Source: Candidatus Doudnabacteria bacterium (lineage in GTDB: Bacteria; Patescibacteriota; Doudnabacteria; UBA920; O2-02-FULL-48-8). Taken from it: a stretch of DNA of 39,059 nucleotides. The notes below the pieces were generated by a model. That model saw only the letters and a list, made by a program, of their open reading frames with translations. It was not told where the DNA came from and did no database searches. Location: contig JACQHB010000007.1 of the NCBI GenBank assembly GCA_016199215.1, forward strand, positions 1 to 39,059. The letters are read 5' to 3'. Below, piece by piece: positions 1-9,997 of this stretch; within the stretch, counting starts at the first letter, position 1, and every line of letters begins with the position of its first letter. A program made the position numbers and the translations under genes.

Positions 1-16
1 AGCCGATTTTAATATG

Positions 17-54
17 ATACTGACAAAAAATGCTATAGCATTTTTTGTCAGTAT
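17..54. repeat. Perfect 38-bp palindrome with no loop (ATACTGACAAAAAATGCTA/TAGCATTTTTTGTCAGTAT); possible bidirectional terminator or operator
   Basis: The two 19-nt halves are exact reverse complements, read directly from the sequence; function is inferred. Confidence 0.8.
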
Positions 55-103
55 GGGGATATTGCGGTTATCAGCTCTCTTCCCTAGTTTTTTGAGGGTT
101 GAT

Positions 104-132
104 TTGACAGAAGCGGAAGCAATTGATAGATT
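104..132 (+). promoter_or_regulatory. Putative sigma70 promoter for the lipase-like gene
   Basis: TTGACA (104-109), 17 nt, TAGATT (127-132), with TG at the extended -10 position. Confidence 0.45.
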
Positions 133-240
133 TTGAATAAGATTAATAAGACTGTTTTTCCAAGATTAAAGTGAATCAAGGGTTGGATAATATTTAACAG
201 GTCTTTAAGAACTTTTTTATCTTTAATTTTATTTGCTAAC

Positions 241-3069
241 GTGCCAATTCCTAACCAAAACCCATCCATAAAAAAATTTTTTATTTTGGGAACACTCTGT
301 CTAGGTGTTCTTTTTTTGTCTCCTCAAAAATCTTCTGCCGCGCTGACTTTACCGGTTACTTCCTGCGACCAGCAGTTGGCAAATATGCCGAAAATCAAAG
401 CTGACATGCAACAGGAAGACGGCGCGAAATCTTTCACTTATGGACCTGATAATAATTCTTTTGTCTCTTTAAGCGGCGACGTCGTTACTTTTAATATCAG
501 CGTTCTTTTTGATCCTATGGTTTCGCCAAACCGGGTTATTAGATTTAACGCGTTTAACGCTAACTGTTCCGGGGTTTATGGGAATGCTTTTATCAATTTT
601 TTGACCAGCAACAACACAATTGCTTATAACAAGGCAACCACAGGCCTTAAATTTAACCAGGAAGATGAGTATATGCCGACAATGATGGGATTGCCGCGCT
701 ACATTTGGCTTGAGGTTTGGGATGGCAAGAACGATGGAATTTTTGCAAGTTATTCTTATTTGGTTGATTTAAATGAGCCAGCAAATCCCACAGGGACCAC
801 GGTTGAGGAAGAGCCTATACCGCAACCGGAACCGGATGCAGAACCGGAAGAACAGCCGCAGGAACCCCAAGAACCATCCGGTAAACGACCAGTGTTAATT
901 ATCCCCGGGATAATGGGTAGCGAGCTCTATGAAGGTAATGAAAAGGTTTGGGAGAGAAAGGGCAAAATTGCTTTACACTACAAAGACCAATATTTAATTG
1001 ATAAATTATTATTAGAAGAGAGAGGTCGTTCTGTAAAAACTATCGTTCCTAATGAAGTAATAAAGAAGGTACTGACAGTAGATACATTTGATGGGTTAAC
1101 AAAATATTTTGAAGCTAATGGATATGAAGAAGAGGGAAGTCTTTTCTTCTTGCCTTATGATTGGCGATTAAATTTAGACGATAATATTAATCTACTCAAG
1201 GAAAAAATTGATACGATAAAATTATCCACTCGATTTATTAAGTTAGATTTTATAGTACATAGTATGGGGGGTTTGCTTATAGAAGATTATTTGAATAAGG
1301 AGGGCCTAGAAAGTATCAATAAACTGATTTTTGTTGGGACGCCACAATTAGGTTCTCCTAAATCAGTGAAGGTTTTATTAACTGGCGATACAGGGCTAAC
1401 AAAATATTTACTTAGTCATGAAACTATTAAGGAATTGGGTAGGAACATGACTTCAGTTTATCAATTATTGCCAAATCCTAGGTATTTTCAAATTTTCGAT
1501 CATTATCTAAATTTAATGAATCGTGATTTAAGAACATACGAAAATACGAAATTTTTTTTGAGCGAGGAATTGAATTCTTACCTCCTTGACCAAGCCGATC
1601 TATTTTTTCAAAAGGAGCTATATAATTCTAATTTTGGTGATGCCGGTATCTATAATATAATTGGTTGTGGTTTAAGCACCCAAGCTTCCTATCGGTATGA
1701 TTCTGAGAACAAAAATATAAATAGAATAGGATATACGACTGGAGATGGGACAGTCCCAATGATAAGTGCTCAATATTTAAACATTCCTTTAGAAAATAAA
1801 TTTTATGTGAATAAGGTTGATCATGCTGAGCTGCCAAGTGATCAGAAAGTCAGAGAGCTTATATTAAATTTACTTAATGGGAATTCTTCTTTTGATCCAA
1901 GCAAAATCAGCACTTCTTCCATTTTTTGTGGATTTAAAGGAAAGCAATTTTCTTGGCGAAGCCCTGTAACCATCCATATTTATGATCAAAACGGGAATCA
2001 TGCGGGGCCAACTGATGATGGAGGGTTTGAAAATAATTTAATTGGGGTCGATTATGAAATTATTGGTGGAGAAAAATTCATCTTCATCCCAACAGATGAC
2101 GGGAATACTTACACAATTCAGGCGACCGGTGATGAAGTAGGAACCTTTGATTTAGTAATGTCAGATATTGATAACGGTGAAGCAACTGGCTCGACTGTTT
2201 ATAATGATGTTCCGATTACAGGTTCCAGCCAGATTAATGTAGATATTAGCGGGATAATCAGTCTTGATTTTGCTGGGGATGGAAGTTTCGAAACTCTGGA
2301 ACCAAGTTCCAGTTTAACCGGAGATGCGGTTGATGATCTAACTGCGCCTGAGACTGTTTATACTATTGATGGGGATAAGGGCGTTAACGGGAACTATATA
2401 AATAGTGCTACAATTACATTACAAGCGACTGACGATAGTTCCGGGATCTTGGAAACAAAGTATTCAATTGATAATTCTGCATACGAAGTATATACAGGCC
2501 CTGTTATTCTTAACGAAAACGGCGCTCATAGCTTCAGCTTCTATTCAGTGGATAAGGCTGGGAACAATGAAACTGTTCAGCAGATTCAAGGAATAATAAT
2601 AGAGCCAGATCTTTCAAACAGTATTGGCGGAGGGAGTTATGCCACTGATCCTGGTCAACAACAAAGAGAAGGCCAAGTTTTGGGAGAGAAAACTGAAAAG
2701 AAAATCGAGGAAAAAGAAAAATTAAAGGATGGAACGCTAGTCCTGGATTCAACAGACGGAAGAACAGTATATATGATCGGAACCGGTGGGAAGAAATACG
2801 GATTTACGTCGCAAGAAATTTTCTGGGGATTGGGATACAGTTTTGAAAATTTGGTAACCGAGGATGTAAGCAATTATGAGCTTGGCGGGTTAGTTGACAC
2901 AGTTGAACGAGCACATCCGGATGGAAGTTTGGTCGTTGATAAAGATGGGGTGGTCTGGTTTATTAATTTTGGCCATAGAGCACTTGTTGATAGAAAGGAT
3001 TTTCTGAGTTTCAATAACAAGCAATTAGTTATTATTAATAACCATGATTTAAAATTAATAACTTTATGA
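241..3069 (+). CDS. Secreted multidomain LCAT/PGAP1-like alpha/beta-hydrolase (lipase/acyltransferase) with Ig-like domain and C-terminal repeats
   Basis: Signal peptide ending SSA-AL; PVLIIPGIMGS oxyanion motif, PYDWR, HSMGG nucleophile elbow, GDGTVP (Asp), VDHAEL (His); Pro/Glu linker; DLTAPET...SVDKAGNNE beta-sandwich; two DGxLV repeats at the C-terminus. Confidence 0.8.
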   Translation: MPIPNQNPSIKKFFILGTLCLGVLFLSPQKSSAALTLPVTSCDQQLANMPKIKADMQQEDGAKSFTYGPDNNSFVSLSGDVVTFNISVLFDPMVSPNRVIRFNAFNANCSGVYGNAFINFLTSNNTIAYNKATTGLKFNQEDEYMPTMMGLPRYIWLEVWDGKNDGIFASYSYLVDLNEPANPTGTTVEEEPIPQPEPDAEPEEQPQEPQEPSGKRPVLIIPGIMGSELYEGNEKVWERKGKIALHYKDQYLIDKLLLEERGRSVKTIVPNEVIKKVLTVDTFDGLTKYFEANGYEEEGSLFFLPYDWRLNLDDNINLLKEKIDTIKLSTRFIKLDFIVHSMGGLLIEDYLNKEGLESINKLIFVGTPQLGSPKSVKVLLTGDTGLTKYLLSHETIKELGRNMTSVYQLLPNPRYFQIFDHYLNLMNRDLRTYENTKFFLSEELNSYLLDQADLFFQKELYNSNFGDAGIYNIIGCGLSTQASYRYDSENKNINRIGYTTGDGTVPMISAQYLNIPLENKFYVNKVDHAELPSDQKVRELILNLLNGNSSFDPSKISTSSIFCGFKGKQFSWRSPVTIHIYDQNGNHAGPTDDGGFENNLIGVDYEIIGGEKFIFIPTDDGNTYTIQATGDEVGTFDLVMSDIDNGEATGSTVYNDVPITGSSQINVDISGIISLDFAGDGSFETLEPSSSLTGDAVDDLTAPETVYTIDGDKGVNGNYINSATITLQATDDSSGILETKYSIDNSAYEVYTGPVILNENGAHSFSFYSVDKAGNNETVQQIQGIIIEPDLSNSIGGGSYATDPGQQQREGQVLGEKTEKKIEEKEKLKDGTLVLDSTDGRTVYMIGTGGKKYGFTSQEIFWGLGYSFENLVTEDVSNYELGGLVDTVERAHPDGSLVVDKDGVVWFINFGHRALVDRKDFLSFNNKQLVIINNHDLKLITL

Positions 3070-3350
3070 AAAAAAATATTCTTTTGCTTTTAATGTTTTA
3101 TTTTATACCTAATTTAGTAATTGTATGGTTATATCAGCAGAATGTAAGATTAGGACAAAATAGTTATATTCTCGATTATAAGAATCTACTTATATTTATT
3201 CTAGCGTTAACTCTCCTTTCACCAATTTTTATAGTAATTGACTCAATAAGCAGAAAGTCAAGTCACGCTTGGATTCTAATTTCCTTAATTTTAATAATTT
3301 TAACAGCCGGGTACATTTATTTCTTATACTCTTTTAAAGGGTTTTTTTAA
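3066..3350 (+). CDS. Small hydrophobic protein with about 3 TM segments, coupled to the lipase gene
   Basis: ATGA overlap with the upstream stop; three hydrophobic segments; AT-rich. Confidence 0.7.
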   Translation: MKKNILLLLMFYFIPNLVIVWLYQQNVRLGQNSYILDYKNLLIFILALTLLSPIFIVIDSISRKSSHAWILISLILIILTAGYIYFLYSFKGFF

Positions 3351-3363
3351 AAGAGTATAATTT

Positions 3364-3405
3364 TTGACAAAATGGGGGAAAAGTCCTATAATAAATAGGA
3401 CTTTT
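3364..3405 (+). promoter_or_regulatory. Consensus sigma70 promoter of the pilus operon, overlapped by an inverted repeat
   Basis: TTGACA (3364-3369), 17 nt, TATAAT (3387-3392); AAAAGTCCTAT-n5-ATAGGACTTTT (3379-3405) spans the -10 box. Confidence 0.8.
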
Positions 3406-3467
3406 TGTGTATTTGAGATCCCAAAACAGGTTCGGGATTGCGTTTTTAAGAAAGAAAAACAAAACCA

Positions 3468-5216
3468 ATGAATTTAGATGTCCAGGAATTGAAAAGGGCC
3501 GTGGTTGGCAAAAAACTTGTCACAGTTCACGCTTGGAATGATTTGGTCAAAGAAGCCGTGGAGAAAAAAGCGGACTTAGCTCAGCTGTTGATCGAAAAAA
3601 AGATCTTGGACGAGGAAGCGTTGGCCCAAATTTCGGCCGGCTTTTTAGATTCCGAGTTTGTTGACCTAAAACAACTTGGGCAAATTTCCAAGGAAGTTTT
3701 GCTGTTGGTGCCGGAGCCGATCGCCCGGCGTCACGGCGTGATCGCTTTTGGCAAAGAAAAGGACAAACTTAAGCTTGCAATGATCGATCCCAATGACTTG
3801 GAAACCAGGGACGCGATCAAGAAAAAAACTGACCTAGTAGTCGAGCCTTATTTGATTTCCAAAGGATCACTTGATTACGGATTGAAGCAATACCATACTT
3901 CGTTGGAGGCGGAATTTGCCAAAATCGTTTCCAAACAAGACACCGCGGACGAGAAACAAAAGCAGGACGTAAACGAGAAGCTCAAGGAGATGGCTGAAGA
4001 AATCCCGGTTGTCCGGGTCGTGGACACGCTTTTGGAATACGCGATTTTTGAAAAAGCCTCGGATATCCATATAGAGCCGCAAGAAAAAGAGGTAATCGTC
4101 CGCTACCGAATTGACGGCGTGCTGCATGATGCCATGACCCTGCCAAAAGTGATCCAGCCGGCGTTGGTCGCCCGCATCAAGGTTATTGCCAATCTCAAGA
4201 TCGACGAGCATCGTCTGCCGCAGGACGGCCGGTTCAAAATCCAAAAAGACGAATATAATATTTCATTCCGCGTCTCCACCATTCCGGTGTTTGACGGGGA
4301 AAAAGTCGTGATGCGTCTGCTGGATGAATCGGCCAAAGCCATGAGTTTGGAAGAATTGGGATTTTTCCACCGCAACTACGAAACGATCATCCGGAATGTC
4401 AAAAAACCCCACGGGGCTTTGCTGGTCACAGGGCCTACGGGCAGCGGAAAGTCCACGACCCTTTATACGATTCTTTCCATGTTAAATACGAAAAACGTAA
4501 ATATTTCAACGATTGAAGACCCGATTGAATACAGGATTGAGGGGATCAACCAAATGCAGGTGAATCCGAAAATTGGGCTGACTTTTGCCCAGGGGTTGCG
4601 CGCGCTTTTGCGCCAAGACCCCAACGTGATTATGATCGGTGAAATCCGCGACACTGAAACCGCGGAAGAAGCAGTGCACGCCGCGCTTACCGGCCATATA
4701 GTGCTTTCCACCTTGCATACCAACAACGCCGGCGGCGCGCTCCCCAGGCTTTTGGATATTGGCGTTGAGCCTTATTTGATTGCCTCCACGGTCAATGCCG
4801 TGGTCGGCCAGCGCCTGACCAGGCAGATCTGCCAGGATTGCAAAATCGAGGACAAGATAGACGCCAAAGAGGAAGAGGAACTGCGCAAGGAATTTAATAT
4901 CGACGTCCTGCTTGCAGTCATGAAGCGGGAGGGGTTTATAGAAAAATCGGTCAAGACTTTATCGGAGCTGACTTTTTACAAAGGCAAGGGTTGCGACAAG
5001 TGCGCGCATACCGGATACAAAGGGCGAAAAGGAATTTTCGAAGTTTTGGAAGTTAGCGCCGAAATCCAAGACCTGATCCTCAAGCATGCTCCTACCAGCC
5101 AGATCCAGGACAAGGCAGTGGAGGCCGGAATGATTCTGATGTGGCAGGATGGATTCATCAAGTGCATTCAAGGCAGGACCACGATAGAAGAAATTTTGAG
5201 GGTAAGCAAGGAATAA
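3468..5216 (+). CDS. pilB: Type IV pilus assembly ATPase (PilB/GspE family)
   Basis: ASDIHIEP, DEHRLPQDGR, Walker A GPTGSGKST, TIEDPIEY, LRQDPNVIMIGEIRD, TGHIVLSTLHTN, tetracysteine zinc motif. Confidence 0.95.
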   Translation: MNLDVQELKRAVVGKKLVTVHAWNDLVKEAVEKKADLAQLLIEKKILDEEALAQISAGFLDSEFVDLKQLGQISKEVLLLVPEPIARRHGVIAFGKEKDKLKLAMIDPNDLETRDAIKKKTDLVVEPYLISKGSLDYGLKQYHTSLEAEFAKIVSKQDTADEKQKQDVNEKLKEMAEEIPVVRVVDTLLEYAIFEKASDIHIEPQEKEVIVRYRIDGVLHDAMTLPKVIQPALVARIKVIANLKIDEHRLPQDGRFKIQKDEYNISFRVSTIPVFDGEKVVMRLLDESAKAMSLEELGFFHRNYETIIRNVKKPHGALLVTGPTGSGKSTTLYTILSMLNTKNVNISTIEDPIEYRIEGINQMQVNPKIGLTFAQGLRALLRQDPNVIMIGEIRDTETAEEAVHAALTGHIVLSTLHTNNAGGALPRLLDIGVEPYLIASTVNAVVGQRLTRQICQDCKIEDKIDAKEEEELRKEFNIDVLLAVMKREGFIEKSVKTLSELTFYKGKGCDKCAHTGYKGRKGIFEVLEVSAEIQDLILKHAPTSQIQDKAVEAGMILMWQDGFIKCIQGRTTIEEILRVSKE

Positions 5217-5325
5217 TGCAAAGATCAAAAATCAAAAATCAAAATGTAATTAAAAAAGCAAAAAGAACAATAAGTTTTAATTTTGCATTGTCATTTTGCA
5301 TTTTGCATTTTGACTTTTGAATTTT
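5217..5325. repeat. 7-bp-periodic inverted-repeat element, empty copy: (CAAAAAT)n ... (TTTTGCA)n
   Basis: Left arm tcaaaaatcaaaaatcaaaatg; right arm cattttgcattttgcattttgacttttgaattt; lies between pilB and pilC. Confidence 0.75.
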
Positions 5326-5330
5326 TAGTC

Positions 5331-6545
5331 ATGCCGGATTTTAATTACATCGCCAGAAGCAGAGAAGGAGTCTTGGAAAAAGACGTGCTTTTTGCCCAGA
5401 ACGAAAAAGCCGTGGCTGATGTATTGCGCGCCAAAGGCCTGATCCCGACTTCGATCAAGGTTTCTAAAAAAGCGATCGACTGGAAAGAAGCGGCCGAGTA
5501 TTTCCAGCGGATCAAGCTGCTGGACAAAATCAGCTTTATCAAAAATTTGGGAGTAATGATTAAGGCGGGTCTTCCCGTGTCCAAGAGCCTTAAAATTTTG
5601 GTGGAGCAGACGCCGAACAAAAAATTAGCAAAAATAATCGCGGACATTTCAAGGCAGGTGGAGGGCGGGCATAGCTTGTCCGACTCCGTCCGGCGATACC
5701 CCAAAGTTTTCTCCCCGATTTTTGTCAGTATGGTCGGGGTGGGCGAGGTGTCGGGAAACCTTGAGCAGAATTTGGCTTATTTGGCGGATCAGCTGCAGAG
5801 GGATTATGACCTGATGTCCAAAGCCCGGGGAGCTTTGACTTATCCGATTGTGGTTTTGGTGGCGCTGGCTATTGTCGGGTTTTTGATGTTTACCTTTGTG
5901 CTTCCAAAGCTGACCAGCACTTTCAAGGATTTCCAGGTCGAATTGCCGTTCATGACCAAAGTCGTGATCGGGGTAGTGGATGTGTTTGCCCATTGGGGAA
6001 TCTTGATTTTAATTTTGATAGTGGTCGGGGTGTTTGGGTTTATTTCCTGGCGCAAAACCCCCGGAGGAAAAAAAATTATCCATAAACTGGTCTTATATAT
6101 TCCAATCGCGTCCGGAATTGTCGCCAAAATCAATCAAGCGAGATTTGTCCGCGTGCTTTCCTCGCTGATCAAAAGCGGTATGCCGATAGTTGAAGCGTTG
6201 GATGTTTCTTCCAACGTGGTCGGCAACATTTATTATCAGAAAGTGATTTCTGACGCGTCTTCCAAGGTGAGAGTCGGTTCGCCAATGGCTTTGGCATTCA
6301 AGAAAAATCCGAAATTGTTCTCAAATCTTGTGGTGCAGATGATGGAAGTGGGGGAAGAGTCCGGCACTACCGAGGTGGTCCTTTCTGAAGTCGCCAATTT
6401 TTACGAAGCCGAGATCGACCAGACCATGAAAAATTTATCCTCGATTCTTGAGCCGGTGATTATGATGGTAATCGGCGCCGTGGTTGGCCTTTTGGCAGTC
6501 GCTTTGATTACGCCAATTTACAATATTACCCAGAATATTGGTTAG
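5331..6545 (+). CDS. pilC: Type IV pilus platform protein (PilC/GspF family)
   Basis: Start moved to ATG 5331 (MPDFNYIAR); two GspF repeats (VGEVSGNL, ALTYP, VGEESG, LEP). Confidence 0.93.
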   Translation: MPDFNYIARSREGVLEKDVLFAQNEKAVADVLRAKGLIPTSIKVSKKAIDWKEAAEYFQRIKLLDKISFIKNLGVMIKAGLPVSKSLKILVEQTPNKKLAKIIADISRQVEGGHSLSDSVRRYPKVFSPIFVSMVGVGEVSGNLEQNLAYLADQLQRDYDLMSKARGALTYPIVVLVALAIVGFLMFTFVLPKLTSTFKDFQVELPFMTKVVIGVVDVFAHWGILILILIVVGVFGFISWRKTPGGKKIIHKLVLYIPIASGIVAKINQARFVRVLSSLIKSGMPIVEALDVSSNVVGNIYYQKVISDASSKVRVGSPMALAFKKNPKLFSNLVVQMMEVGEESGTTEVVLSEVANFYEAEIDQTMKNLSSILEPVIMMVIGAVVGLLAVALITPIYNITQNIG

Positions 6546-6556
6546 AGTATAGAAAT

Positions 6557-6964
6557 ATGGGTCCAAATTCCAAATTCCAAATTCCAAATTCCCAAAAGGG
6601 GATCAGCCTGATCGAAGTAATCATCAGCATGTTCATGCTGGCAGTGCTGTTGACGCTGTATGCCGCGGCCATGAACACCCTTGCCCAGACCAAAAAATTG
6701 AAATACGAGGATCTGGCCTACCACGTGGCCAGCAAAAAAATGGAAGAGCTGCGCGCCACTTCTCTTGACTCCCTGCCGTCATCCGGTGCTGTGACGGATC
6801 CAATGCTCGCGCAGATCCCCTCCGGCAGCGCGGATTTTTCCGTGGCTGATTACGGCGGTTTTTCAGGAATGAAGGAAATCGTGGTAACCGTGAACTGGAA
6901 CGACGGTGGGGCAAAGCAGGTCCGGTTGCAGACCCTGGCCGGATCAGGAGGGATTAATCCGTGA
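6557..6964 (+). CDS. Prepilin-type minor pilin (PilV-like); leader peptide contains (CCAAATT)4
   Basis: Class III signal KG|ISLIEVIISMFML; C-terminal KEIVVTVNW strand. Confidence 0.85.
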   Translation: MGPNSKFQIPNSQKGISLIEVIISMFMLAVLLTLYAAAMNTLAQTKKLKYEDLAYHVASKKMEELRATSLDSLPSSGAVTDPMLAQIPSGSADFSVADYGGFSGMKEIVVTVNWNDGGAKQVRLQTLAGSGGINP

Positions 6965-7521
6965 AGAAATCCCGGCCAGATTCCAATCAAAAAGGTTTTA
7001 CTCTGATAGAAATGCTAGTCGTGATCGCTATCGTGGGCGTAAGCCTTTTGGTCTTGGCAAATTTGTTTATTGGCCAGAACCGAATTTACAGGACGCAAAC
7101 CGCGGAGCTGAATGTCACCGGCGATGCCCGCGCCTCGTTGGACGATATAGACGCTTACACAAGATCCTCCCACAGGGTGCTGGCATCTTACGATTCATAT
7201 GCTACTGGTGTTCAGACTTTGGTTTTGCAAGTCCAATCCGTAAACGCTTCCAATCAGCTGATCGGGGGAAGCTATGATACGGTGGTTTATTATCTTTCCG
7301 GCTTAACTTTTTACCGTCAAATTTTCCCCGCGGCCGCAAGCGCCAGGACGGCATCAATAAAAAAGCTGGCAGCCAACGTTACTGGCTTGAATTTTTCCTA
7401 CAACAACCAAGACCCAATCCTGGCCAGCCAGATTACCACTGACCTGACCATCCAGGAATCAGCCGGGATCCAGACCAGGAGCATTACCTCGTCATCGAAA
7501 TCTTATTTAAGGAATTTTTAG
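6961..7521 (+). CDS. Prepilin-type minor pilin (PilW/GspJ-like)
   Basis: KG|FTLIEMLVVIAIV N-methylation motif; GTGA overlap with the upstream gene. Confidence 0.87.
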   Translation: MKKSRPDSNQKGFTLIEMLVVIAIVGVSLLVLANLFIGQNRIYRTQTAELNVTGDARASLDDIDAYTRSSHRVLASYDSYATGVQTLVLQVQSVNASNQLIGGSYDTVVYYLSGLTFYRQIFPAAASARTASIKKLAANVTGLNFSYNNQDPILASQITTDLTIQESAGIQTRSITSSSKSYLRNF

Positions 7522-8871
7522 ATGAAGAAACAAGACGGACAGATAATCATTATCGCGCTAATTTTTATGACACTCGTCACTGTAGCTGTCGGCTCTTTGG
7601 TCGGGTATGCCGCGGTTCAGATCAAGGGGCACAAACAGGCGGTGGCAAGAGCCCAAGCCTTAAGCATCGCTGAAGCTGGATTGGAAGCGGCTGTTTGGAA
7701 ACTGAATAACCAGGTCGGCTACAGCGGAGAAACTGGTACATCCTACTCAAACGGCTCTTATACTATTACCGTCGCGGACATTGCAGGCAATTCCAAACTG
7801 GTTAAAGCTGAAGCCGTGATTGGCAATTTAGGCAGAAGAACGGTGCAGGCAACCGTGGCAACCGGAACGACCAATGTCGCGTTTAACTACGGAGTCCAAG
7901 TCGGCGAAGGCGGGCTTGAGATGGTTAACAGCTCCAAAATTATCGGTAATGTTTATTCAAACGGCAATATAGATGGGGCAAATTCCGCAAGGATTCAGGG
8001 CACCGCGGTTTCCGCGGAATACTTTATTGAGGGCATGCAAGTAGATGGCAATGCCACAGCCAGATCAATTCAGAATTCTACGATTGGCGGAAGCGCCAAT
8101 ACCTACGGACTGGCCAGTTCCACGGTCGGAGGGAATGTGGTGGCAACAACGATGTCGCAATGTACCATTGGAGGAAACGCGATTTTTGACTTGAAAGTCA
8201 CGTGCACTATTGGAGGAAATCAAACCGTTCCCAATCCTGATGAATTTGTCGATCCGGAAAAAATCGCGATGCCGATATCTGATGAGCAAATTGATGCCTG
8301 GGAGGAGGAGGCTGAAGCTGGCGGAGTGATCAGCTCGCAGAATTTATCAGACGGCACCACCAGCCTTGGGCCCAAAAAGATTGACGGCGACCTGATTTTA
8401 TCAAATGACGCCACGCTGATTGTAACCGGAACTTTGTGGGTTACTGGAAAGATTGAAGTTAAGAACAGGGCGATCATGCGCTTATCTGAAAGTTTTGGAA
8501 CTTCCAGCGGAGTTGTAATTTCTGGGGTGGATGGAAGCACGACAGCGGGCTATATCGAAATCGACAACACAACGCAGCTCCTAGGCTCAGGAACCGCGGG
8601 CAGTTATATTATGCTGTTGTCACAGAAAGAAGGAACAGGCTCAAACGCGATCAATATGAAGAATGGGACATCCAGCGCGGTACTTTATGCCGGTGAAGGA
8701 ATGATCGAAGTCAACAATAGCGGGACCTTGAAAGAAGTGACTGCGTATAAATTAAGGATCACCAACACCGCCACGATAACTTACGAATCAGGGCTTGCCA
8801 ACGCGCAGTTTTCTTCGGGCCCGAGCGGAGGTTGGGAAATCCTTGATCAGTCGTGGCAGTTAATACAATAG
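7522..8871 (+). CDS. PilX/GspK-like large minor pilin with a beta-helix-like Gly-rich body
   Basis: DG|QIIIIALIF (no Glu5), ALSIAEAGLEAA, GNVYSNGNI and repeated IGG turns. Confidence 0.8.
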   Translation: MKKQDGQIIIIALIFMTLVTVAVGSLVGYAAVQIKGHKQAVARAQALSIAEAGLEAAVWKLNNQVGYSGETGTSYSNGSYTITVADIAGNSKLVKAEAVIGNLGRRTVQATVATGTTNVAFNYGVQVGEGGLEMVNSSKIIGNVYSNGNIDGANSARIQGTAVSAEYFIEGMQVDGNATARSIQNSTIGGSANTYGLASSTVGGNVVATTMSQCTIGGNAIFDLKVTCTIGGNQTVPNPDEFVDPEKIAMPISDEQIDAWEEEAEAGGVISSQNLSDGTTSLGPKKIDGDLILSNDATLIVTGTLWVTGKIEVKNRAIMRLSESFGTSSGVVISGVDGSTTAGYIEIDNTTQLLGSGTAGSYIMLLSQKEGTGSNAINMKNGTSSAVLYAGEGMIEVNNSGTLKEVTAYKLRITNTATITYESGLANAQFSSGPSGGWEILDQSWQLIQ

Positions 8872-8898
8872 GTTATAGTTGTAGTATAATAAAAGCAG

Positions 8899-9984
8899 AT
8901 GTTCAACCTTTTGGGAAACAAAAAAATTGAAGCTTTCGGCCTGGATATTTCCAACGTTTCGATTAAGGCCATGATGCTCGGAAAGAAAAACAACGGGCTT
9001 TTTCCTTTGGCTTTTTCCGACATACAAATTCCCGGCAACATCATCTCAAACCATATGATTACCAATGAGGAAAAGCTTGCGGACCAGATCAAGCGAGCCG
9101 TGTCAGCCGCGGGCAAAATTTCCTCCAAATACGTGGTCGCCTCCGTGCCGGAAGCCAAATCTTTTGTCCGCCTGCTTAATCTGCCCAAGCTTTCCGAATC
9201 AGAATTGGATAGCTCCATCCCCTGGGAGTTGGAAGCCGATATTCCGGTGCCTGTGGACCAGGTTTACCTTGATTGGATGATTATTAACCAGCAGGGGGAC
9301 AAGCTGGACGTGCTGGTTATGGCCACTCCCAAGGATTACGTGGACACCTTGGTCTCTTCAATAAAGTCAGCCGGGTTCAAGCCTGCCGCCCTGGAACTGG
9401 AATCGCAGGCCACAGCCAGAGCGCTGGTTTCATCCGTGGATTCGTCTTCCGCTGTCTTGATTTTGGATATAGCGAGCATTTTGACAAGTTTTGTAATTAT
9501 TGAAAACGGGGTTTTGCAATACACGTCAAGCATTCCGCTGGGGGGCAACGCCTTGACCGAAAGCATTGCCAGAAACTTGGGGGTTTCCGCACCTGATGCG
9601 GAAAAAATGAAACGAGAATTAGGGCTTCTTTCGGACACCAAAAAAGGCAATATTCGGCAGGCAATCCTTCCGATCCTTGATAATATTGTTGATGAAATAA
9701 AAAATGTTGCCCGCTTTCATGAGGAGCATTCCGTGGGCAAAAAACCGATCAGCAAAGTGATTCTTGCGGGGGGTGGCGGAAAGCTGCTTGGCATCACCGA
9801 TTATATTTCAGCCCGCTTAAACCTGGGTGCGGCAAAACCGATTGGCCGAGTAGTGCTTGGGGATCCTTGGGTCAATGTGATTGATTCATCTATGAAGGAG
9901 CAAATCCCGCTGCCAAAAGAGCAAGCCCTTGGTTTGGCTACCGTAACCGGCCTTGCGCTGAGAGGGGCAAGCTATGCCCAGTAA
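8899..9984 (+). CDS. pilM: Type IV pilus assembly protein PilM (actin/FtsA-like)
   Basis: FGLDIS, LILDI, IPLGGNALTESIA, VILAGGG, LATVTGLALRG; TATAAT 8 nt before the ATG suggests a leaderless or short-leader transcript. Confidence 0.92.
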   Translation: MFNLLGNKKIEAFGLDISNVSIKAMMLGKKNNGLFPLAFSDIQIPGNIISNHMITNEEKLADQIKRAVSAAGKISSKYVVASVPEAKSFVRLLNLPKLSESELDSSIPWELEADIPVPVDQVYLDWMIINQQGDKLDVLVMATPKDYVDTLVSSIKSAGFKPAALELESQATARALVSSVDSSSAVLILDIASILTSFVIIENGVLQYTSSIPLGGNALTESIARNLGVSAPDAEKMKRELGLLSDTKKGNIRQAILPILDNIVDEIKNVARFHEEHSVGKKPISKVILAGGGGKLLGITDYISARLNLGAAKPIGRVVLGDPWVNVIDSSMKEQIPLPKEQALGLATVTGLALRGASYAQ

Positions 9985-9997
9985 TACAACTTCGCGC

